From the NCBI GenBank assembly GCA_964601345.1, contig CAZRND010000001.1, positions 1 through 50,420 of the forward strand: 50,420 nucleotides of DNA, given 5' to 3'. How positions within the stretch are numbered: position 1 is the stretch's first letter; each line of letters begins with the position of its first letter. A model generated the notes under the pieces. It was not told the DNA's origin and searched no databases. It was given only the letters and a program-made list of their open reading frames with translations. Below are positions 19,362 through 25,192 of the stretch, piece after piece. The position numbers were made by a program, and so were the translations under genes. The stretch is from an uncultured Acidobacteriota bacterium (GTDB lineage: Bacteria > Acidobacteriota > Terriglobia > JAJPHL01).

Positions 19362-19873
19362 GTGCTTTGCGATGAACGCAGTCCTGCTGTAGACTTCTAG
19401 AGTGGATGCTGAGGGCTCTGGATGCTTCCTATGGCTACAATTTCGACTACTGCGAGTGCGGTCGGTTTTTGCCCAGAACGCTAGGAGCGTGGTAGGTGGC
19501 AGACTTTATCTACATCGACAACTCCAACCTATTCATAGAGGGCAAGAGAGTCAGCGCAGTCGTCCGCGGTCTCGCCATGAACATCTACGAGGCTATGAAC
19601 AACCGCATAATCGACCATGACTACAAATTGAGCTTCGGTCGCTTACATGAGTTCATCGCCGGTAGTGTCAAGTCCCAAATTGCGAGAGCGGTCTTGTTCG
19701 GCTCACGTCCTCCTCCGGACGATAGTATCTGGACTTTCGCCAAACGCGCAGGATTCGAGCTGGTGCTTGAAGACCGTAACGTTGCGAATAAAGAAAAAAA
19801 GATCGACACGGGTATAGTCGCAGCCATGACGAGGGATGCTTACAAGAAGGCCGATCCCGCGAACGATACGATG

Positions 19874-19878
19874 GTACT
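19874..19878. repeat. Target-site duplication GTACT (left copy)
   Basis: An identical pentamer directly abuts both IS ends. Confidence 0.7.
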
Positions 19879-19905
19879 TGTAGTGCACCCCTCTAAAACT
19901 GGACA
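19879..19905 (+). repeat. IS left inverted repeat
   Basis: TGTAGTGCACCCCTCTAAAACTGGACA, against the reverse complement of the right end TGTAGTGCACCCCGTTAAACTAGACA. Confidence 0.8.
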
Positions 19906-19946
19906 GTTCATTCTAGTATGATCGGGGCCTCCAAACAGGAGGCAGG

Positions 19947-20231
19947 ATGAGCAGGAAAGCAGCGCTTCAGAGAAGTCCGGAACTGAAACTACAGATCGTA
20001 ATGGAAGGGTTGCGGAGCGGCAACATCGCGGAGACTTGCCGCAAGCACGAGATCGCAGCGAATCTCTATTACCGCTGGAAGGACGAGGTGGAGAAGGGCG
20101 CGCTGGAAGCCTTGGGCGGCAAGCGTGGCGTCGCCGATTCCGAAAAGGATCAGCGGATTAGACAGTTGGAGCGCACGCTAGGCCGCAAGAGTCTGGAGAT
20201 CGAGATCCTAAAAAACGTTCTGGGGGACTGA
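19947..20231 (+). CDS. IS3-family transposase OrfA (HTH_Tnp_1-like)
   Basis: 94 aa. ...IAETCRKHEIAANLYYRWKDE... followed by a leucine-zipper-like tail LERTLGRKSLEIEILKNVL. GGAGG SD upstream. Confidence 0.85.
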   Translation: MSRKAALQRSPELKLQIVMEGLRSGNIAETCRKHEIAANLYYRWKDEVEKGALEALGGKRGVADSEKDQRIRQLERTLGRKSLEIEILKNVLGD

Positions 20232-20252
20232 GCTGTGGCGCAACTCACTCCC
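20210..20252 (+). promoter_or_regulatory. Programmed -1 ribosomal frameshift signal of the IS (slippery A AAA AAC plus downstream stem-loop)
   Basis: Heptamer A AAA AAC lies at 20210-20216 in the orfA frame (cta aaa aac). The -1 frame is open from here into orfB. After a 7-nt spacer there is a stem GGGACTGAG (20224-20232) / CTCACTCCC (20244-20252), 8 of 9 bp, enclosing the orfA stop. Confidence 0.55.
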
Positions 20253-20326
20253 AAGCTCGTGCGCTGGTCGAAAACGGCTATCGACCTACCGTCGTCGCCG
20301 AAGCTCTGCAGATCAGCCGCTCCAGC

Positions 20327-21103
20327 TTGTATTACCGCAAGCAGGAGCGCAGCAGTCGCGCCGATCGATCCTTCGATGACCGCATCATCGAGGCCTGCGG
20401 CGAGAAACCGGCTTACGGCTATCGCCGCGTTCAATGGTGGCTGGAACATCACCGTGGTTTGCGGCTCAATCGCAAACGTGTTCTCCGCGTCATGCAGGAA
20501 CGCGGCTTGCTCGTTCACAGCCGAAGATTGCGCGCGCGACGCCGCAAGGAATGGAGCAAAGTGATCGTCACTACGCCCAATCAAGTCTGGCAATCCGACC
20601 TGACCAAGATCTGGGCTGGCCCCAACTCCGGCTGGGCTTACCTGGTGTCGATCATCGACTGCTTCACCCGCGAGATCGTCGGCTGGGATCTTTCTTCCCG
20701 CTGCCGAACCGACGATGCCCTCAACGCTTTGAACCAGGCTGTCATCGAGCAGTTGCCTTTCGGATCGCGCGGAACTGGGCTGACCTTGACCACCGACAAC
20801 GGCACGCAGTTCACTTCTTCCCGTTTCATGGAAGTAGTTTCTTCTCTTGGCATTTTCCATCGCCGCACCGCGTTTCATCACCCGGAAGGCAATGGCTACA
20901 TCGAACGTTTTCACCGCAGCTTGAAAGAAGAGGAGGTCTGGATCAACGAATACCAAAACCTGGATGAAGCCCGCCGTTCCATCGCCCGCTACATCCAGGA
21001 GTACAATAACGACCGGCCCCATCGGGGGCTGGGCGATCGTACGCCTCACGAGGCTCGTCAGGCGTTTACCATTGACCTAAAATCCGAGGCCCTGAATGTC
21101 TAG
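20327..21103 (+). CDS. IS3-family transposase OrfB (DDE integrase core), presumably expressed as an OrfAB fusion
   Basis: The frame is -1 relative to orfA. DDE triad candidates are WQSDLT, LTTDNGTQF and HPEGNGYIERFH, followed by YNNDRPHRGLG. The stop TAG lies inside the right inverted repeat. Confidence 0.9.
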   Translation: MYYRKQERSSRADRSFDDRIIEACGEKPAYGYRRVQWWLEHHRGLRLNRKRVLRVMQERGLLVHSRRLRARRRKEWSKVIVTTPNQVWQSDLTKIWAGPNSGWAYLVSIIDCFTREIVGWDLSSRCRTDDALNALNQAVIEQLPFGSRGTGLTLTTDNGTQFTSSRFMEVVSSLGIFHRRTAFHHPEGNGYIERFHRSLKEEEVWINEYQNLDEARRSIARYIQEYNNDRPHRGLGDRTPHEARQAFTIDLKSEALNV

Positions 21104-21122
21104 TTTAACGGGGTGCACTACA
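21097..21122 (-). repeat. IS right inverted repeat
   Basis: See the left inverted repeat. 13 of 13 outer nt are identical; the inner part is imperfect with one indel. Confidence 0.8.
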
Positions 21123-21127
21123 GTACT
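21123..21127. repeat. Target-site duplication GTACT (right copy)
   Basis: Identical to 19874-19878. Confidence 0.7.
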
Positions 21128-21446
21128 CGTCGCTGGCGATGGCGACTTCGTTCCCGCTGTCCGTCAGATCGTCGAGGACGGCTACAAGGTTGAAGTCGTC
21201 TTCTGGAATCATGCATCGAAGGAACTCAAGGAACTTAGGGGGTTAGCCAAGTTCATCTCGCTAGACGAACACCTAGAGTATCTTCGTCTCAAATAAAAAG
21301 TACGCCCGACCCAACGCGTAGGTCCTAGCGGCTCTGGCCCGTGAGCATGGATGCAGGCGGTGCATTTGAGGCTAAGCCTTCGTAGTGCCGGACTCCCCGC
21401 TAGACAGAGAGGAGAGGCGGCTATTCTTTTCTGGAAGAGAATCGGG

Positions 21447-21551
21447 GTCGGCCTGGTCTGATCCATGGTTCGAACGAACGTCATTCATACGACTGCAACG
21501 TGCCGAACCGACCGTCACCTTCAGAACATAAGGAGGGTGGGGACAGATCAG
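21447..21551. repeat. Island repeat, copy A (~105 nt, imperfect internal dyad)
   Basis: It aligns along its whole length with 23693-23798. Shared blocks: GTC.GCCTGG.CTG, GTTCG, CGTCATTCAT, CGAACCG.CC, GAACAT, AGGAGGGTGGGGACA, ATCAG. The outer arms CTGATC / GATCAG and inner arms ATG(G)TTC / GAACAT can pair. Confidence 0.75.
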
Positions 21552-21739
21552 TCGTGACGCGTTTTTTTCGATGGCACACCACTCTCATTTCGGCCGCCGA
21601 AGACCATTCGGGCGAGTTCGTCGCCCAACCGGCCGGCGACCTCCGGATCACGCTCGTTCCGGAAGCGCTTGGCTAGGGTAAGGAACTGCTGCTGCTTTCG
21701 CTTCTCCGCGGCGATTTCCTTCTTGCTCACGCCCTTCAT
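21548..21739 (-). CDS. Small basic hypothetical protein (63 aa)
   Basis: MKGVSKKEIAAEKRKQQQFLTLAKRFRNERDPEVAGRLGDELARMVFGGRNESGVPSKKTRHD. It looks helical and charged, has no SD, and its stop codon is the conserved CTGAT edge of repeat A. The GTG-extended 115-aa version looks non-coding. Confidence 0.4.
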   Translation of the reverse strand: MKGVSKKEIAAEKRKQQQFLTLAKRFRNERDPEVAGRLGDELARMVFGGRNESGVPSKKTRHD

Positions 21740-21745
21740 AGCGCG

Positions 21746-21751
21746 ATTATG
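21746..21751 (-). promoter_or_regulatory. -10-like hexamer CATAAT exactly 6 nt upstream of the small-ORF ATG (possible leaderless transcript)
   Basis: The minus strand reads CATAAT CGCGCT ATG. There is no SD, and only a weak -35 (TTCGCC at 17 nt). Confidence 0.25.
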
Positions 21752-21814
21752 CACCGGAACAATTCGAAGGCGAATTAGAAAAAAGGAATCGATTCTCTGG
21801 CAGCGGAGCTGCTT

Positions 21815-21843
21815 CTCTAAGGTGCCACTTTGGCACCTTAGAG
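21815..21843. repeat. Perfect 13-bp inverted repeat / hairpin with 3-nt loop
   Basis: CTCTAAGGTGCCA ctt TGGCACCTTAGAG. It lies in the 316-nt spacer between the 516-aa gene and the small ORF. No adjacent U-tract on either strand. Confidence 0.7.
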
Positions 21844-22055
21844 GAGTGCAGAGGCCAGTAGAGAACTGTCGAGGAAGCCATGCGTCAGAGCGCACTGCGC
21901 TTATTCAGGACCTGCCGCACGTTAATGAAACCGCTCTGGTTCGGCTGTCGGATCACCAAGAGCTAGAATTGAATAATGCGCTCCGACACCCGCTAGCCCC
22001 TGCAATGCAAACGAGGAACCCCATAGCAGGACCGGGCTACTGCTTCTTTCTAGGA

Positions 22056-23606
22056 TTAATGGCTCCTCGGTTCCTGTTCCTGCAAATGGCTCAACCGCCA
22101 ATTGCGGCTCTTGAGCAGCCGCATGAAATAGGCGTCGCAAAACAGCTTCATGAATGAGGCTTCTTTGAGCGTCACCACGGCACCTTCGACGTTCTTTGAT
22201 TCGAAGCGCCCGCAGAGATCGGCAAACTGATCACGTTCGTCCATCTTGGGAAACATCTCGTCAAGGAAACGTAACATTGAATCCCGGAAACTCATGCCTT
22301 CCTTCCAATCGCCGTTCTCGGCCATTAGCGCTCTTAGGCATTCGAAGAAGTTTCCAAATACCATGCTTTCGCACTGCCAGTGAATATCGTTCAACGACAG
22401 CAACGTAAGCCCGCCAGCGTAATAGTTGAACGCTGTGTGCTGGTCGCTCTTATCCGGACCCGGCAGCGCTGCGAAGCACGCAGCGACACGGTTGAGGTCT
22501 TCCGCCGTTAGCACGCGGTTCTCGCCCCAGTCAACTTTGAGGACAGGAATTCGATCCAAGACGAGACCCATGCCTTTTTCAAGATCATGGAGGCTGTCGT
22601 AGTAGCGACTGATTTGCTCAGGCATTCGCCACCACCAAAAGCCCATCGTTCCGATATTTAGCGCGACGACGAAGTGGCGGGCGAGGCCCCAGCCGAAGTT
22701 CCAGAGCCCCTCGACAGGAACGTTGTCCTTAAGAATAAGTTCGACGATAAGTTCGTTCTTCTTCGCAACCTTCAGTCCGATCCCTTTGACGCTCATGTTC
22801 CACTGCGTAAGTTCTTTTCCTCGCAAGGAATGAGATGCGCTGATGATCCGTATGCGCAGCCGCCATTTCTCACTCTTGCCTTCAGTTGGGAGGTTGCGAC
22901 TCCTGCGCAGTTCCGCTTCGGCGGCGGTGCGGGATTCGGCGTCCGCATTGTCGAACTGCTGTCTCAGCCACGTTACCCACGCCGTTGAGCTGTGCAGTTC
23001 AGCAAGCTTGGCCATCGAGCCCCCAGAGAAGATCATCCGTCTTTTTTCCGGGTCTTCGGTTGACCTAAGAAACCAGCTTTGTAGGTCGACTTCCTTCTCC
23101 GGAATTTGATCGCGGAGCTTCTGGGCCTCCGCCATACCTAGGCGCATTGCGGCTAGTTCGATCAGTTTGCTGCACTGCTCCGCTGTGATGGCCTCCTCGG
23201 GAATGGTCAGACCGTCTTCGTCATTCTGGACATAAAGACCCGCCAGCCTCGTCGAATGAATGGACGTCGCCATGCCTGTGAGTTCCTCAAGGGCTTGTCC
23301 TGTCAAGGGCTGATAACCGAAAATCCCGCCAAAGAAACACCAGAAAAGTTTCTTAATGTGATCTTGTGTATGCTTGGCGGGCCATGCCGGCCCGTCGGGG
23401 CGCTTCGAGGCGAGACACTGGACTGCAATCAACTCCCGGCGCCCAATCTCTTCGAGCGCGAGCGCAGCAAGATGATATGCCACATTCGGGTGATTAGCGG
23501 CCTGAACCGCGCGCGCGGAATCCAACAAAGCGTGGGCATGGTCGATGCAGGCCTTCATCGCCGCAATCGTATTGTCGTCAATCCGGCGCTCTCCATTCGT
23601 AGCCAT
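22056..23606 (-). CDS. 516-aa protein: N-terminal AbiV-like (HEPN-superfamily) domain fused to an unassigned C-terminal half
   Basis: This is a long ORF in the lower-GC region. The N-terminus ...CIDHAHALLDSARAVQAANHPNVAYHLAALALEEIGRRE..., then KHTQDHIKKL and STRLAGLYVQ, resembles the AbiV family pattern (helix pair, EE(I/L)GK, H..K, R..LYV) as I recall it. Residues ~245-516 matched nothing I recognise. Confidence 0.5.
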   Translation of the reverse strand: MATNGERRIDDNTIAAMKACIDHAHALLDSARAVQAANHPNVAYHLAALALEEIGRRELIAVQCLASKRPDGPAWPAKHTQDHIKKLFWCFFGGIFGYQPLTGQALEELTGMATSIHSTRLAGLYVQNDEDGLTIPEEAITAEQCSKLIELAAMRLGMAEAQKLRDQIPEKEVDLQSWFLRSTEDPEKRRMIFSGGSMAKLAELHSSTAWVTWLRQQFDNADAESRTAAEAELRRSRNLPTEGKSEKWRLRIRIISASHSLRGKELTQWNMSVKGIGLKVAKKNELIVELILKDNVPVEGLWNFGWGLARHFVVALNIGTMGFWWWRMPEQISRYYDSLHDLEKGMGLVLDRIPVLKVDWGENRVLTAEDLNRVAACFAALPGPDKSDQHTAFNYYAGGLTLLSLNDIHWQCESMVFGNFFECLRALMAENGDWKEGMSFRDSMLRFLDEMFPKMDERDQFADLCGRFESKNVEGAVVTLKEASFMKLFCDAYFMRLLKSRNWRLSHLQEQEPRSH

Positions 23607-23612
23607 GGTCGT

Positions 23613-23618
23613 AATCTA
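23613..23618 (-). promoter_or_regulatory. -10-like hexamer TAGATT exactly 6 nt upstream of the 516-aa gene ATG (possible leaderless transcript)
   Basis: The minus strand reads TAGATT ACGACC ATG. There is no SD and no convincing -35. Confidence 0.2.
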
Positions 23619-23692
23619 CCATTGGGGAATACGCAACCGGAACAGGCAACCCGGTTCAGCCTGACCTCGCCCTAGCTTCCTAGAAACTCGGT

Positions 23693-23798
23693 GTCAGCCT
23701 GGCCTGTCCCCCTTGTTCGGACGGGCGTCATTCATGCCGTTTGGCGAACCGGCCCGCTAGCTTAGCTTCCGAACATCCAGGAGGGTGGGGACAATCAG
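23693..23798. repeat. Island repeat, copy B (~106 nt, imperfect internal dyad)
   Basis: Same orientation as copy A. The arms CCTG..CTGTCCCC.TTGTTCGGA and TTCCGAACA...GGGGACA..CAGG can pair. It begins (minus sense) at the stop codon of the 448-aa gene and fills much of the gap to the 516-aa gene. Confidence 0.75.
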
Positions 23799-25141
23799 GC
23801 TGGCCCTTGTTTCCCTTGTTCCTTGCTTGCCGTTTCAGCTTCTGGTGGAGGACCCGTTAGAAGCGGAATACGGTGGTACCGGTAACGATCCATGTCTTTC
23901 AGCGCGGCGCGAACCCGATCCCTCGTTTTCGCCGAACGCCAGAGGCGAGACACCGTTGACCCAAACATCACGAGCCCTCCCATGATGCTGGCGGCGGTAC
24001 CCACCACATTGGCCCCTGGCGCGAGACTGGACAGGACTATCCCAAAGCAAGCTGCTGCGAAGCCAACACTTGTCGCTAGCTTCTCGATGCAGGCGACCAT
24101 TGCTCGCGGGCTCTTCGGGTTAGCGGCGGCGAATCCGTCCAGCGACGCCGTCCACGCCTCGACGAGCTTGGCATCGTCGACTGTCTCTTCGTTGGCTATC
24201 CTTGACCGAACCGCCGCAATCACAGTGCCGACACCCTTGCACAAGACGATCTTGCCGATTTTCCTAGTTCCAAGTGGGGTCCACAAGCCCGGAGGTTCCT
24301 CGTCGCTTGTTTCGCGAAGTGGAGGCTCGGGCAAGAAGGGGGTGAACACTCCCTCTGCCCGCTCAGCGTCACTGTAAACAGCTGCAAACACCGACTGCGC
24401 CAGTTTGCGAACCTCTCCCTCAATTGCCCCAAATTTCTTTGTTTGCGCCAATTGGTACACGCGCGACCGAGGTGACTCAATCGACCCAATGATCTTTTTG
24501 CCTTCATCCCGTATGGATGCGGCCGCCTTCTCGGGGTCGGCAGCCAGTTCGCTAAATTCCACAAGTAGGCCGGGGCTGCTGAAGTCAAAGTCGTTCGCGG
24601 ATTGCGTGCTCGCACATATGTGGCACGCTTCCAGAAATTCCTTGGCGAACAACTGTGGAATTTGGGCAGACCAAGCTTGTTCTCGTCGGGCCACAGAGTT
24701 TCTGTCCAGGAGTTCGTCGAGTTTCTTATGAAACGTCAGGAAAGGCTCTGTGTCTGGATCAAAAGGTCGTCCCTGATAGCTGCTTTGCCTCTTCACGTGC
24801 AAGGCCCGGGCTCGGATCGGCTGCTTACGCGACTTCTCGCCCAATTCGTTGTCCGGGTAGTTCTCGGGGCGCTGAGTATTGATCCTGACACCGCCAGTGG
24901 AGCAGATTTCCTCCAGTAGATCGAACCAGTGCGGATTCCTTAGCAACGCCTTCGCGAGGGGACGATTTACTGCGATGTGCTGGTCGGGTATCAGAACTTC
25001 CTTGTATCTCATCGACGCTGCAATAAGCTGAATTAATATGACCTCAGCGGGCAAAGCCTCATAAACTTGCGGATCCCAGTGAGTAAGGACGACCTTGCGC
25101 CGTCCGGATCCAGCTGAAGAACTTGTCGGTCTTGTGTCCAT
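23795..25141 (-). CDS. 448-aa hypothetical protein with a C-terminal two-helix, Gly/Ala-rich membrane hairpin
   Basis: Long ORF, with GAGG ~10 nt upstream of the ATG. Residues ~355-396 (nt 23954-24079) read LATSVGFAAACFGIVLSSLAPGANVVGTAASIMGGLVMFGSTV, followed by a basic tail. No family recognised for the ~350-aa N-terminal part. Confidence 0.6.
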   Translation of the reverse strand: MDTRPTSSSAGSGRRKVVLTHWDPQVYEALPAEVILIQLIAASMRYKEVLIPDQHIAVNRPLAKALLRNPHWFDLLEEICSTGGVRINTQRPENYPDNELGEKSRKQPIRARALHVKRQSSYQGRPFDPDTEPFLTFHKKLDELLDRNSVARREQAWSAQIPQLFAKEFLEACHICASTQSANDFDFSSPGLLVEFSELAADPEKAAASIRDEGKKIIGSIESPRSRVYQLAQTKKFGAIEGEVRKLAQSVFAAVYSDAERAEGVFTPFLPEPPLRETSDEEPPGLWTPLGTRKIGKIVLCKGVGTVIAAVRSRIANEETVDDAKLVEAWTASLDGFAAANPKSPRAMVACIEKLATSVGFAAACFGIVLSSLAPGANVVGTAASIMGGLVMFGSTVSRLWRSAKTRDRVRAALKDMDRYRYHRIPLLTGPPPEAETASKEQGKQGPA

Positions 25142-25163
25142 TTGTTCAGAACCTCTACCGAGA

Positions 25164-25192
25164 AATATTAAGCCCTTCTGTTGAATTGTCTA
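25164..25192 (-). promoter_or_regulatory. Possible sigma-70 promoter of the 448-aa gene
   Basis: The minus strand reads TAGACA, 17 nt, AATATT. It lies ~22 nt upstream of the ATG at 25141. Confidence 0.3.

Larger units (their letters stand above)
19879..21122 (+). mobile_element. IS3-family insertion sequence (1244 bp)
   Basis: It starts TG and ends CA. The terminal inverted repeats share 13 identical outer nt. It has orfA (HTH) and orfB (DDE / rve) in the 0 / -1 frame arrangement, and is flanked by a 5-bp direct repeat inside the NYN gene. Confidence 0.9.
19496..21296 (+). pseudogene. NYN (LabA-like) RNase-fold gene disrupted by an IS3-family insertion; intact product would be 183 aa
   Basis: The 5' part (19496-19878) reads MADFIYIDNSNLFIEGKR...KEKKIDTGIVAAMTRDAY...NDTMVL. 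The 3' part (21128-21296) reads VAGDGDFVPAVRQIVEDGYKVEVVFW.... Removing 19879-21122 plus one GTACT copy restores in-frame DTMVLVAGDGDF, the conserved NYN strand-Asp motif. Confidence 0.8.

Noticed and set aside
19402-19620. A 72-aa ORF overlaps the NYN start region.
   Set aside because: It is out of frame with the NYN gene, has no motif, and is explained by the NYN 5' region.
19874-19883. The GTAC-containing flanks of the IS could be an extension of the inverted repeats rather than a target duplication.
   Set aside because: As an inverted repeat they need a 1-nt offset. As a direct repeat they match 5 of 5, and removing one copy restores the NYN reading frame exactly.
21464-21480. GGTTCGAAC in repeat copy A resembles a tRNA T-loop, suggesting a tRNA-derived att site.
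   Set aside because: There is no flanking 5-bp T-stem complementarity, no acceptor stem or CCA context, and copy B reads TTGTTCGGAC at the same place.
21831-21850. TGGCAC inside the 13-bp hairpin could be a sigma-54 -24 box.
   Set aside because: On neither strand is there a GC / TTGC element at the obligatory GG-N10-GC spacing.
21447-23798. The island repeats could be integron attC sites, making the island a CALIN-type cassette array.
   Set aside because: The layout (imperfect dyad directly after ORF stops) is reminiscent of attC. However, neither orientation starts with an RYYYAAC-type R'' box and ends with GTTRRRY. The paired GTTC/GAAC boxes occur in the wrong order, and no intI-type tyrosine recombinase is in the window. 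I kept it as an unexplained repeat instead.
23785-23985. A 66-aa plus-strand ORF starts at the GTG after the perfect AGGAGG of repeat B, with a hydrophobic N-terminus that looks like a type I toxin.
   Set aside because: The equivalent ORF in repeat A stops after 6 codons. It lies fully antisense to the 3' end of a long, well-supported 448-aa ORF. Its C-terminal two-thirds look like non-coding translation. I mention it only under the 15-mer finding.
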